Both the position numbers and the translations under genes were made by a program. 64,000 bases of DNA from Felis catus (Eukaryota). The notes under the pieces were generated by a model. It was not told where the DNA came from and did no database searches. It saw only the letters and a list, made by a program, of their open reading frames with translations. Shown here piece by piece: positions 37,370 to 49,637 of the stretch (the stretch's first letter is position 1; each line of letters opens with the position of its first letter). Location: positions 54,066,001 to 54,130,000 of the forward strand of contig NC_058382.1 in NCBI RefSeq assembly GCF_018350175.1, given 5' to 3'.

Positions 37370-37560
37370 CTTAGGGAAACACACCCCTTGTGTGCCTGGC
37401 TCAGTGCTGGGTCCTGGAGATGAAAAGATCGGTAAGATACAGTGGGTGCCCTTAAATAGCTTGTAGCCTACGGGGTGGGACAGGTATGGAAGCAAGCCAT
37501 TCAACACGATGCAATAAACACTGTTATCAGAGTACAAAAAGAGTGCTAAAGATAAGCACA
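37370..37560 (-). mobile_element. L2 3' fragment
   Basis: TGTGCCTGGCTCAGTGCTGGGTCCTGGAGATG...TGCCCTTAAATAGCTTGTAGCCTA. Confidence 0.7.
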
Positions 37561-38404
37561 CAGAAGCACAAACAAACGTAACAGCAAAAAGTCTGGAAGG
37601 ATATACTTCAAAAAGATATCACTGGGTGCCCTGACCCACCTCATTCCAAAAATGGATGTGGGGAGTCAAGATTAGGTGACGAAGGCTGCCAGAGAATCCG
37701 AGCCTTAGATTTATTGTTTGATCTTCTTTTTGTACAAAAAGGTAGCGAGTGATTTTCTCTTGCAATGTAAATTAATGTAATTTTTAAATGCTCGAGGTGA
37801 AAGAGGCCAGGACGGGGTGGAATGCATGAGGCACCAGGACATGAAACTCAGGAGGCAATCATCTTAGAGTCGGGAGGGTGAGGGAGAGAGCAGGGCAGTG
37901 GACTGCAGGGGCGGAGGCCTAGGAAAGACGTCGGGACCAAGTGACATGAAGGTGGGCCCTGCAGAGGGACGGACAGAAGAGGGCACTAGGCAGACAGGAC
38001 AGCAGGAAGAAGGAACAGAAGTGTGTTGGAAATAATGAGTGATTACTTACAAACGTCCAGAACAGAGGATGAGGACGGGAAGGAGAAAGAGACGGATACA
38101 CGCGACTGTGCACATGCACACCTCAGAGCTAGTAAAGTCTTTCCATTACACGTTCCACATCCACGGCTCATCGGCAGAACTAAGACTGGACTGAATGACC
38201 AGCAGCCTGCAGCCCCTGCCTCATGGCTCCAGTCCAGACGCCCTCAGGAAGCTCACTACCAGCGCTAACTCCGTCACTCGAAATGGGGCCTATTTCCATT
38301 AGACAAGGTACTAAGGGTGCCACTTGGACCTCTTGTGTCTTCTTCCTCCACCCCCTCCTTGAATTTCTTCCTTCCTGGCACCTTTTGACAAGGCTAAGCC
38401 GTAT

Positions 38405-38635
38405 AATAAAGTTTTCTAGTAAGCATGCCAGGCACTGCTCCAAGTGCCTCACATACATTATCTCATTTACATTTCATAACAAAGTGACATGTTGGTATTG
38501 TTATTATTCCCATCTTACAGATGAGGCAACCTCAGAGTGACTGAATAACTTACGCAGAACACCAAGGAGATAAATGACAATGCCGAAACTCAAACCCAAG
38601 GCTGACGCCTGATTTTATGTTAACTAACTGTGCTC
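38405..38635 (-). mobile_element. MIR
   Basis: TGCCAGGCACTGCTCCAAGTGCCTCACATACATTATCTCATTTA...TTATTCCCATCTTACAGATGAGGCAAC. Confidence 0.88.
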
Positions 38636-39379
38636 CTTGATGGTGTAAATTGCCTGGGGACAGGGAGATGCACACAATAGAGAAGAGGTAAAAGGCCCAG
38701 TCTGCAGTATCTAAACAAGTGACCCAGGTCTACGCATTACAAGCAAAGGTGGATGTGACCAGCTCAGAAAAATGGGTGGTTATGGCGGAGGGCCAAAGCC
38801 CAACGTCAGCATCACGTAAGCCGGAGGAAACCACCTCGCAGGTGGCTGAGATGGAACACTGACCTAAGTCCTTTCTCAGCGTCAGAATAGAGGATTTTGC
38901 CTGCACTGTGTTTCTGTTCTCAGGCGATTCACAGTTTATTAGGGACTCTTTGCATCTCAAATAGTGTGGGAAGTGGTTTTACATTTATATAATGGAGGCT
39001 AATTTGGAGGTTTCATTTATCAAAACTGGGGCCATTTAATAAGGAAGAAATGAAAGTCAACCAAACCCAAAGAATCAATGGTTGACTCCTGTGAGCCAAA
39101 GGCCACAGTTGTCCAAAATCGGATCAAAGCTGTTAGCAAACAATAGCTTGGCCATCTAGAAATCAGAAATGTTGCTTTCCTTGGGCAACTCTGAATAAGC
39201 TCTGTGCCTACAGGGGCATGAGCTTTCCACTGAGGGAAGGCAGAGCTGTCCCGCCCACCTCCCAAAGACAAACCACGGGGACACCATGACAGTCAGCAGG
39301 GAGACCTGGCACCAGGAGCTGGAAGCCTGGGCACTGAAACCAGCGCCTGTCACCGGGCCTCCGGGCGATGACAGGGAAA

Positions 39380-39399
39380 CACCGCCATCTGGTGGCTCC
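39380..39399 (-). promoter_or_regulatory. CTCF motif (strong match)
   Basis: Minus strand reads GGAGCCACCAGATGGCGGTG, matching the CTCF core CCACCAGRKGGCR. Confidence 0.6.
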
Positions 39400-39854
39400 G
39401 TGACAGGTAGGCTACGTTCCTGTCCACTGTCTCCGGAAGGGACAAAGTTAACTTCAGCAAGAAAAAAGTCATCGGGAGCATCTGGAAAATGAAGGTCAAC
39501 CATGCCTTTGTTGACAGTCTGGGAGGTGATACCTGGCCCAGGCACAGTCTGTCTGATCGGCGGCTACGGGAGACAGAAATGGCAGTAGAGTGAAAGGTAT
39601 CCATGGAAAGTCCTCCTACCAAATGTGGGTACTCCTGGGGACAACCAGGCATTCCTCAGTTGGCATTACGAGGGCTATACTCTTGACGCAAGTTTGCAAG
39701 GTCAAAAGGGGACAAGATCCAGATTCCACGATCCTGTGGAGGGCAGAGAAAATAACCTGATGATGTTGGTGACGGCGGCTACAAATAAAAGGCATTTAAG
39801 ATCTGCCATTAATGAATAATTAATAAATTAATACTTAATAACAAATAATTAAAC

Positions 39855-40030
39855 AATCACTTAAAACTAACCCTCACAGAAACCCCGTAAGAGACAACAG
39901 TCTATCACTATCTCCACTTTACAGATGATCAAACTGCATCCGTCAGAGACAGAGATGAGGGAGAATATTCTAGTCTAGGTCACCCAAGTTGCAAGGACTA
40001 GAGCCAGAATTTGAAGGTCTCACACTCCTA
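39855..40030 (-). mobile_element. MIR
   Basis: CCTCACAGAAACCCCGTAAG...ATCTCCACTTTACAGATGATCAAACTG...AGAGCCAGAATTTGAA. Confidence 0.7.
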
Positions 40031-40196
40031 AGAAAGACGCCTGGAGTTTCTCACATGATGGCCCAGAGACTGTCAGCTCGGGACATACCTGGAAATTAAA
40101 ACCCAGAATCTCTGACCCCACCGCAGGCAAGCTAGGGAGGATGTGAGTTGGCATTGTAACAGGTTTCCCAGGTGATAGGATAAACAGGACACTAGG

Positions 40197-40545
40197 TGCT
40201 ATGGAATGAATTGTGTTCCTCACTAAAATATGTTGAAGCCCTACCCCCCAGTGTGATGGTATTTGGATATGGGGCCCTTGGGCGGTGACTGGGTTTAGAT
40301 GAGGTCACGAGGGTAGGGCCCACAAGACAGGATTAGTAGCCCTCGTAAGAGAAGGAAGGGACACCAGAGCTTCCTGTCTCTGCCATGTAAGGATACAGCA
40401 AGTCAGGAAGAGTTCTCACCAGAACCCCATGCTGCCATCTCGATCTGGGACTTCCAGCCTCCAGAACCGTGGGCAAATAAGCTTCTGGGTTTTAAGCTAC
40501 CCGGTAGGTGGTGCTTTGTTACGGCAGCCCAAGCTGCCTGAGACG
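40197..40545 (+). mobile_element. MLT1A-like MaLR solo LTR, complete
   Basis: TGCTATGGAATGAATTGTG...GACTTCCAGCCTCCAGAACCGTG...GTTACGGCAGCCCAAGCTG; perfect 5-bp TSD CTAGG (40192, 40546). Confidence 0.93.
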
Positions 40546-40834
40546 CTAGGCTATTCTCCTTCGCCATCTCATGCAAGACGCTTGGCAGGTGCCTGTTAAA
40601 CTAATGAATGACCAGGATACTCCTCTGCTCTGTCCCTCAGAAGAGATTCACTGAGGGTGCATGTGTACAATTCCCACGATTTAGCCTCTTTTCCAGCCTC
40701 CAGGCGATGCTTACTGGAGTCTGTCTTCTTCCAAATCTAAGAAGAACACGCCTTCCTACCTCATCACCAAGGATTCACGGGGGAGGCTTCTGAAAGCAGA
40801 TGTGATGACCTGGGGTGAATGTGGGGAAATGAGA

Positions 40835-41050
40835 ATACTAACAGCAGCTTTGCTTCGTGCAGTGCTTTATAATTTACCAAGCTCTCTGGCATTCATTATT
40901 TCTTTAGATGGTTGGAATTGCCCTGTGAGGTCCAGAGGCCAGATAATTAGGATCTCAGTTTAACAAATGATAAATCCAAGGCTGATGGAATCATGGGCCC
41001 CTGCCCAACGGCCAACCACCAATAATGTGGAGGCAGAAGATGAACTAGCA
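40835..41050 (-). mobile_element. MIR (older type)
   Basis: AGTGCTTTATAATTTACCAAGCTCT...CATTATTTCTTTAGAT...CCCTGTGAGGT. Confidence 0.65.
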
Positions 41051-41782
41051 GAAAAACTTGAGGTCACCAACGAATGAAATTGGAGAAGCTGACCCAGCTT
41101 GGAAAAGGAGTTTATCAGTTAGGGTACTAACAGCGAGGACACTCGACCCAAGTAGTTCAAGTGACAAGGAAAAGGCTTTTACGAAAAGGCAAAGTGGAGG
41201 CGGGGACAGGGGAACAAGCACAGAATGGTGGTGCCCCTCGGGATCCGCAATAGGGTGAAATCGCTTCCGCTCCTGAGACTAATAAGGCAGGAGGAGGAGA
41301 CAGCATTCTAGACTAAGGGGGGAGGGGGACAGGAAACACAATAAATAAACAACAACCAAACGCAGAGGCTGTCTTTGGAGAACCACCTTAGCCAGCTTAT
41401 TTTCCCACTGTTTTCTAAGAAGCAAATCACCCAGTGGCCTAGGAGAAGACCCCTCGACGGGGCCTGATTCTCAACCTTAGTCACCCCAGGAGTATGCACT
41501 GGGTGCCTCCTGTCCAGTGACCAAGGACAGATGTAGGGACTACTTGGCTGGACTTCCTTGGGCCCATCCCATCCTGTGAAAAATGGAGAACTCAACGGCT
41601 CAGAAGTTGTAACAACCTATTTCCTTTCAGATTCATCAGACTTTTTTTTAACAAAGGGAAGGGGAAGTGTATCCCTACTATGGAGGTTGTTGACTCCTGC
41701 CAAATTCTCCTTGATATATTCTTTCCAGTTATGCAGAGCTTTTAAAGACAAGGACACGGTACTTTTCAAGTCACCTCTAAAG

Positions 41783-42020
41783 TGAGGCTTATCGCTCTTG
41801 GCACTGCTGATATTTGGAGGCTGATGGTCCTTTGTTGTGGGGGCTGCCCTGTGTGTTGCAGGATGTTTAACAACATCCCTGGCCTCCACCACCGGATTCC
41901 AGTAGCATACCCCTCCCACTCCGGTGCGACACCCAAAAGCAACTCCAGACACCTGCCAACTGCCCCCTTCCGGGGGATCAGGGGAGGCAAGGTCACTCTC
42001 CCTCCCCTTGAGAACTCCTG
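41783..42020. mobile_element. MER20
   Basis: GGCACTGCTGATATTTGG...GGGGCTGCCCTGTGTGTTGCAGGATGTTTAACAACATCCCTGGCCTC...TTGAGAACTCCTG. Confidence 0.88.
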
Positions 42021-42074
42021 TTCTAAGTGATTATAATTTGCTGAGAGAAATGTTCCCATTGGCAAGAAGACGAA

Positions 42075-42287
42075 CAGCACTGGGGTAAGGTGAGTGATGC
42101 TTAATAAGGATTCTACCTATATTTTAATTCTGGCATTTGGTTCATCATGGATTTTTTTTAATTAACTTTGATTTTTTTTAACTGCATTGCAAAATGATCC
42201 TCCTTACTGAGTGTTTTGGCACTCCCTTAAATTTGGTTTTGCACCTGAGGTATGTATCTCATTTGTCACCCCTTAGTCCCAGCACTG
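42075..42287. mobile_element. hAT-Tip100 MITE (MER91-like)
   Basis: Ends CAGCACTGGGGTAAGGTGAGTGA / TCACCCCTTAGTCCCAGCACTG; internal CCTTAAATTTGGTTTTGCACCTGAGG. Confidence 0.5.
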
Positions 42288-42349
42288 GGCAAGGTTCCTC
42301 TGGAGCCATCAACACGAGGAAGGAGAAAGTGGTTCCCTTTCTTCCACTG

Positions 42350-43030
42350 TCACTCATTCATGCATGCATTTAGTACTCCTAAGTCCCCTGGTATGCGACT
42401 AGCACCTTGTTAGTAACGGCTATGTAATATCTTGAAGTGTGAGTCACCGAGATTTACATGAGCATTTCCTACCTAATGGGAAAGAGGCATGAACAGAGCT
42501 GCGCTGGGTGGTACGGAGACAACCTAACCCAAGGGAACCCCCGAGAGCCATCAGACCAGTTACAAGGGCAAAGCAACAGCTCTGGGCAGAGATGACTGTG
42601 GTTTTGATGTATGGTACTGGCTGTGGACGTGGAAAGGGAAGGAAAGAGTACAGAGACAGAATCAACAGGTTTCAGTGACCAATCAAACGGAGAGGACGAG
42701 AATGGGTCGTCCCAGCTTTGTAACACGATTAAGTGGGTGCGGGCCATGACGGTTGATGAGGCAGGGAAGCGTGGAGGGGCCTGCTGGGACGTACTATGCA
42801 CCAGGAAGGCAAGATGGGTTTGGGAGTGGTTAGGTGATGTGCCCCTGAATCCATGCCGCGTCCTCCCAAGGTGAAAGCCAGGCTGCAGGTGCGGCCACGG
42901 GAGCTGGCGGCATTTACATGTAACTGAAGCCAGGGAGTGCACAAGATGTGCTGGGAGGACTTGGAGAACGACAAAAGCGCCTGGGGCCAGGCCCTAACAA
43001 ACTCACAAGTTTAAAAGGTAGATGGAGAAT
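42350..43030 (-). mobile_element. L2 fragments
   Basis: CACTCATTCATGCATGCATTTAG terminus; AGAATCAACAGGTTTCAGTGACCAATCA. Confidence 0.55.
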
Positions 43031-43039
43031 GAGTGACGG

Positions 43040-43380
43040 GTGCTGATATTAGTGGGCTGAAAAGAATTATGCAAAAAAAGGTGAGGTTATGCATAACCTC
43101 AAAGGATCTCCCTTCAGGACAATTATTAATTACAAAGGGTAAAAGAATAATTTTAAAGTGGAGAGATCCGCAGATGCTACTTTAATCAAATAATCAAAAT
43201 TAACCTCACAGCAATGAGACATATCCACACCACCTGCCTGCCGGTGACAAGGACCCAGCATCACTTGTGAGCTCAGAGTAATCGTGCGCAAACATCAGGG
43301 AAACCCAAATTGAAGGACAATCTATAAAATAACTGGTTGCTGATCTTCAAATGTGCCAAGGTCACAAAAGACATTATCTC
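43040..43380 (+). mobile_element. L1MC4/5-like 3' UTR fragment
   Basis: TTATTAATTACAAAGGG...AAACCCAAATTGAAGGACAATCTATAAAATAACTGG. Confidence 0.75.
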
Positions 43381-43899
43381 TAGAGCCAAAAGGTTTTGGT
43401 GTCCTGGGAGAAAGGAGGCTTAGGTCATGGTCCGCCACAGAACAAACTGGGTTTGCATTCTTGTGAAGTGAAACCAGCATCTTTTCGGAGCCTGAGCCCC
43501 TGATTCCAGAAAAGGCAAAGAACCCTGAGCAGCCAACAAGAGAAATTTGTGGTGAGCAGATCCATTTATTACTTTCAGCTTACTTAATAAAGGTCACCAG
43601 GTGGCATTTGAAAGATACACAAAAATGCTGTTAGATCAGATCTTGCCAGAGGTGAGTTTATCAGGCAGCCAGTTGAGGCTTATGGAACATTGCTAGCTGG
43701 TTTCTTTCAACTTGAGGGGGAAGAAAATAAGACCGCTGGATTTAGAAACTACTTGTATGTTTGCCTTTTTCTTATACTGAGAGACATTTGCAGTCAGGCT
43801 ACAAGAGTGAATTATTGCCAAGTCCAAATTACCCATTCATTTCTTCATTCCAGATTTCAAAGGGTAAACAAGGCATGGGGTGACTAAGGATATAGCCTA

Positions 43900-44110
43900 G
43901 TCACAAAAGGGCAAGCCTAAAGGTGCAAGCATTTTTCAAAGCTCTGCTCATGTCACATGTACTAACAACTCTTTAGCCAAAACCAAGTGCGTGGCCAAAT
44001 CCAAACCCAAGAAGCAGGAAAGTACATTTCACCCATCATGAGGTCTTGGCAAGGATATGGCTATAAAATACTAGTACCGAGTACTGAAGAATTGGGACCA
44101 GATGTAGAAT
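43900..44110 (-). mobile_element. Old MLT1 (J/L-like) fragment
   Basis: TGCAAGCATTTTTCAAAGCTCTGCTCATGTCACA...TAGCCAAAACCAAGTGCGTGGCCAA. Confidence 0.5.
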
Positions 44111-44544
44111 ATACCATATTAAGGTTGAATAGTGGATATCACTATGAAAATAAGAAGAAAAAAAAAAAAAAACCCTGACTCTTGGTCAATAGTAGTTAAC
44201 ACAGTAACACAAAAGCACACTTTATATTTGGGGGCAGGGAACAGGGTTTATATGGACCAACCCAAACACCAGCATTTGGACTTGTGGCTTCTCCCACGTG
44301 AGTGAGGTTAGGGTTGATGATGGAGATTCCAAGGCCTACACAGTGAGAAATGTTCAAAGAGAGAAGAGAAGCTTAGATAAATACAGTTTTCAAATTCCAC
44401 TCAGATACAAAATTAGAGGACTAAGCTAGAAGGTTCTCTGGAGTCCCTTCCAACTCTCCTTGGCATGGTTTCCAGTGTGTGCCAGACATTAGGCTGCCTC
44501 TTGGCCATAATGGTCACAGGGTGCTGACCCTTAGCTGTACCCTC

Positions 44545-44735
44545 AGCAGCAGGCATGGCATGGGAGAAAGAGCCAAGGGCTTGGAATCAAGCAAGATGGG
44601 GTCACACCTGAGCTGGACTTCTGACCACTGGGTGAGTCCTTTGCCTGTCTGGCCCTAGTTTTACCATCTTTGAAATGAGACAGATGAACCAGATGACGTT
44701 TCTGTCCCTTCTGATTCCGAGAACTTAGGATTTTA
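44545..44735 (+). mobile_element. MIR3-like fragment
   Basis: GGGCTTGGAATCAAG...CTGGGTGAGTCCTTTGCCTGTCTGGCCCTAGTTTTACCATCTTTGAAATGAG. Confidence 0.7.
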
Positions 44736-45883
44736 TGACAACGTGGCCACATGGAGGGATCTGTAAGGCTCTGGTGGCAGAAGTGGTCTAGTAAGAGGCA
44801 GAGTCATCACGAAGCAATGGAAAGCATGTTGATGGGCCAAAGGCAAAGACGGAGTTGCAACGGCACGTGGTTATGCCATCAGGCACCATGTGCTTCCGAA
44901 TGATCCTCTTCTGGAACGTCCAGAGGCCTGAGCCTTAACCCTAGACTGCATCTCTGGGGTTAAGACACGGTCGCCGGCACGAGATGGGTCCTGGCAGAGC
45001 TTCTAGCTCTCAACCTCACTCTTTCCCGGATCTCACAGTGCCCCAAAGATCTGGGTTTCCAGCACTCCCTCTCCCCGCAAATGAGACCACAAGGGCCACT
45101 TTTTGTTGCAGCCCAGGCAGAGAGGAAAAAATAATAATACATGCAATAAGAGGAATTTTTATACAGAAATGTATTTTGAGGCTACGATGTAAAGTCCCTT
45201 TAGCAGGAGCCACAATTTTCTTAAATAATCGTTCCCATAATTGGCTACTTGTGGGAACAACTAATTGTGCATGTAATCATTTGCCTGTACAACTCAGCAT
45301 CAACTAGTAATTAAAGACAGAACTGTCCTTTGCTAAATTTGGCTCCAGAAATAATAGTAATATTTCCAAGTGTCCAATGTCTCCCTGCCAAGGCCCTCTA
45401 AGCCCCGTTCAAATGAGTTTGCTATTTTTTTTTTACATCTTGGAAAGGGAAGACCTGCATCCTTGCCCAAAGCCAACACACGCTCAGAGAAGAATGCATC
45501 TGGAATAGTCTTCTGCTTGTACTTATTCTAGCAGCATATGCTGATTGTATGTAGAGCATCTTCTACGTACGGGGTCAGACCCTTCCCCAAGAAAGCATCT
45601 TCTTGCTCCCCTCGGCCCTACTCTTTGCACACACTCTCAGAGGAGGGCAGGAAACATCACCCGACTTTGCACAAGACCCACCTGATGTAACTTCCTCTAG
45701 GCCGCAGAGGAGTCCCAAGAAAGCAACGCACACCCCACAGCACCTCCCAGGCAGGGGCCGCCACACTTGGGAGTCTCTGTCACCTCCCATCTGGAAGCTC
45801 CTGGTGGCCTCTCAGCTCCAGTTCTGTGCCTGGGCATCCTCAGCCCAATCTCCTGCCCCAAGAAAGCAGATCAAGTTATGTCC

Positions 45884-46300
45884 TGTATGGTGGGTTAAAT
45901 TTCGTCCCCCAAGAAGGGAAGTTCATGTCCTAATCCCCAGTACCTGTGAATGGAAACGTATTTGGAAATAAGGTCTTTGCAGAGGTCATTGGGGACCTTG
46001 AGAGGAGATCAACCCGGATTCCAGGTGGGCTGCAACCCAATGACTGCTGGCCCCATTGAGAAAGAGCAAGGAGATGATGCACGGACCCAGGGGAGATGGC
46101 CGTGTGAAGACAGAGGCACCTGGGGAACACACAGAGTCACCAGGAAGGATCCTCTCTAGAGCCTTCAGAGAGAGCAGAGACCTGCCGACATCTTGATTTT
46201 GGACTCTGGCCTCCAGAACTGTGAGACAATAAATCTCTGTTGTCGTAAGCCATGAAATGCGTGATGATTTTTTTTTGTACCAGCCCCGGGAAATGAATAT
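45884..46300 (+). mobile_element. MLT1B/C-like MaLR solo LTR
   Basis: GTCCTAATCCCCAGTACCTGTGAATG...GGAAATAAGGTCTTTGCAGA...GGCCTCCAGAACTGTGAGACAATAAAT. Confidence 0.9.
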
Positions 46301-46309
46301 TCCCAACTT

Positions 46310-46700
46310 AGACTCCTTCCATGGCTTCCCTTCCCATTTGGAACAGATTCCAACCTCCTTGCCTGACCCCTGACAGCAGCCTCAGCTTCAATGTATGCCT
46401 CACTACCACCCACCCGCTTGCCACCACTCATGACTCTGGCCTTCTTTCTCTCTGTGGAACACAGCCAGCTCCTGCCTCGGGGCATTTGCACATGACGTCC
46501 CCCAGCCCAGAGCACAAATGGCATCAACAACCCTCTTCCCTGAACTCCGCCTTCAGGCTTCAGCTCGTATGCCCCTCCAGCAAGGAGGAGCACCTTACCT
46601 TGGGGGTTATCCTGAGATAGAGACAGATAGATTGATCGATCGATCGATTGATAGATAATCTCCTCCTGGTACTGTTTCTCTGGAAGAACCCACTCCAGAG
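46310..46700 (+). mobile_element. L2 fragment with (GATA/GATC)n tract
   Basis: CCTTCCATGGCTTCCC...CCTGCCTCGGGGCATTTGCACATG; tetranucleotide tract at about 46616-46657. Confidence 0.7.
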
Positions 46701-47903
46701 ACACTGTCAAGACTTAATGAGACAATTCCCATGGACTGGAGGTTCGCAGGGAGGCAAAGGGGCCCCGCTTCCTCTCTCTTTTCTATTTCTGCTTCTTCAG
46801 GGATGGTGTATGGGACGAAGGATGCATCGACATATTCTCCATCCATAACTGAAAGCCCTCTGGGAACAAATACATGTCTGAGGGGTGTGAAAAGGGCCCC
46901 CGTTTGTTTCCAGATGTGAGTGTTTCTCTGCTCCAGCGAGAGCTACTAAGGAGAGCTGACGGAAACAGGGGCGACAGGGCTGACACAGGTGAGAGCAGGC
47001 GCGGGGGGCTGGCGGTAATGGGAACTACCTCCTGGAGAGTAGAGGTTGGGCAGGACCTCTTCCAGACCGGGAGTATCCCACTCAGAGCAGTGGGGCGCCA
47101 GGCAGCCATCTTGGAACACCCCCTCCTGCAGGTTCCGGCGGCTTTAAGCAGGAGGCACCAAGCACCAGGCTCCACCGCGGCTGCTTGGGTCGTGATGCTA
47201 AACAAGACAAGGTGCCTGTCCTGGAAAAGCTAAGTGGATTCGGGAAGAATATAGGAACAGTGACCATTACAGGCCAATATAGACATGTTCTCTCACGGGG
47301 GGTCCCCAGAGCATGTGGAGGATTCAGAGGAGGCGGCCTGCTAACCCTGTCAGCGCTCCCCTACCTCCATGCTCCCTCCCCCACCATCCTCCAAACTCCC
47401 CTTCCCAGCCCCAAAGCAGACTGATCTGGATCCCACGTAAGGAAGGCTCTTGGGGGTTTAATCATACAGACAGGTGAGGTCCTTGAAGGGTTTTAACCTG
47501 AGGGAAGGAGGACCTGACTGGACTTGCACTATGAAATTATTATAATGGCCTTCACAGCCCTTGGTAATATTGCCTAACCTCTGGCCTTTACATACAACCT
47601 GCCCCCCCCCTCCTTTTAAGCCATTTGGACCTTCTCTCCATCCCTTGAAAGAGCCATGCTTCCTTTTGCCACAGGACCTTTGCATGTGCCAGTTCCTTTC
47701 CCTCATCCAAATCATTTTTCCCTTGTTTTTTTTCCCAGATAAATACCAGGAGCCTGGTTTATGGGCCATTAAAGCCACAGAACTTCATATGTGAAAATAT
47801 TTAATTTACATTCTTACACTAAATGCTGTCTATGTAGTGCTATATTGAGTTAAAATTTCATCAAAATCTTCAACATTTGGGAGAAGGACATAATGTTTTA
47901 AAA

Positions 47904-48116
47904 CCAGGGCTGGCAAACTTTTTTTGTAAAAAGGGTCAAAGAGTACATATTTTCAACTTTGAGGTGATATCGTTTCTGCATTTACTATTCAATTCTGCCT
48001 TTGTAGTGTGAAACGGTCATGGGCAATACAGACATAGCTGGGTGTGGCTATGTTCCCATAAAACTTTATAAAAAGCAGGCAGTTTTAGCAAGGGGGGCAG
48101 AGTTTGCTGATTCCTG
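47904..48116. mobile_element. MER58A
   Basis: CAGGGCTGGCAAACTTTTTTTGTAAAA...GGCTATGTTCCCATAAAACTTTA...AGTTTGCTGATTCCTG; TSD-like TTTTAAAA/TCTTAAAA. Confidence 0.85.
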
Positions 48117-48469
48117 TCTTAAAAGAAACACCTTTAAGTAGCTAAAGATAGTCAACTTTAGTTTTGGTTTCTAATTCAAGCTAGCTATCAAATCAGTAAA
48201 TTGGCCAACAGCTCTAAGACGAGGGTACAAATGTACGCCCACAGCTATGGTCTGAATTGAGAGCTCTAAGAAGAAAGTTTTGAAGGCAAAAACTTGCAAG
48301 AAGAAGGTTTTTCTTCTATTAAAAGTTAATATTTTAAATGATTTTCCCTTAAATAAATAGGCAATCTTTTGAACCAGCTAATCCTTAACAAATTAGAATC
48401 CTTACACCAAACTGAACTGAGTGAGCATCTGTGTCCCCGCAGCCATGTCCCCTCACCCTGAACCTCTTT

Positions 48470-48745
48470 AAAGACCCATTGATTACTGCCAAGCCTCCAT
48501 TGGTGGGATTAATTAATTTATGAACTTGTCATTACAATTCATTGATTAAAACGTCCCTTCTTAAAGATTTAATTATGCCCAAAGATAAAAGATCTGCTAA
48601 TTATTGTCCTTTATCTAATTGAAGTTTTGTATTACAAATAAAGTTCAAAGGTTTAAGACAGTTGCCCTTTCAAACAGTTGGGCAAAGATGAGAATTTAAT
48701 TAGAGGCAAGACACCATTTTCTCTGATCTATTCTAATGGGAGCGA
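48470..48745. promoter_or_regulatory. Candidate enhancer / CNE-like homeodomain-motif cluster
   Basis: GGATTAATTAATTTATGA, TGATTAAA, TAATTA, CTAATTG, AGATAA/TTATCT, TTCAAAG in repeat-free AT-rich sequence. Confidence 0.5.
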
Positions 48746-49446
48746 GACATCAGTCTGGCCAAGAAGATGTCTGGTCAGGGTGGGAAGACCTGGAAAATCT
48801 GTCAACCTTCTTGGTCACTTAATGGTATTTAGCGAACAGCTCCAGTCACATGGGTTGTGGAAACACGTTGGGTTGCTGGCACAAGCAGAGGCCCCCGTTG
48901 GGTCAAGAGCGGGAATTCTGCCAACCAAAACTATACTGTGTGTTTCATTTTGCTTAAAAATACTGATGCATGGAAAAGCCTCCAAAGATTTTTTTTTCCT
49001 CCTAAAATATTCTCAACAGGAAATCAAAGTTGTTCGGTAAGCAAATCACAGAGAGGCAAGGAAGCCTGCTGATAGGTGCAAGCACCCCAAAGTCAAACGG
49101 GTCTGGGTTCAAATCCAGGTGGAGGATACCAGAGGGCCCTCCCTCTTCTCTTGGTGCTGCCCACACAAGAGTCACTGGGATTGGTGGGGGTAGAGTCAAT
49201 CTACTGAAAGGAAGCAAGTTCCGGGAACTCGTGTTCTCGTCTCTCCCTTCCCCCTCCCTCTCTTTCTCCCTCTCTTTCTCTCTCTTTTCTTTCCTCCCTG
49301 ATCTCAGATCGATGCAGGATAGCAAACTGCTCTTCATTCCCAAGTTTTCCCTTGAGTGGGCTCTCCCAAAATCTTAACTCCTGAGGAGAAGGTGTCTACA
49401 GGCCCTCTTGGCCATAAATCTACAACAAGAGCCTTCAGTCAACTTT

Positions 49447-49637
49447 TTTTTTCAGTTTCTTGATTAATTTTTGAGAGAGAGAGAGAACACACACAAGTGT
49501 GGGAGGGGCAGAGGGAGAGAGAACCCCAAGCAGGCTCCACGCTGTCGGCACAGAGCCCGACGCGGGCCTCGAACCCACGAACCGTGAGATCATGACGTGA
49601 GCCTGACGGGTAACCGACTGAGCCACCCAGGCGCCCC
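49447..49637 (-). mobile_element. SINEC (shorter type)
   Basis: TSD TCAGTCAACTTT (49435) / TCGGTCGGCTTT (49638), differing by three transitions. Confidence 0.92.

Noticed and set aside
45231..45258. Notch Su(H)-paired site
   Set aside because: The two TGGGAA cores are in the opposite orientation to the canonical paired site.
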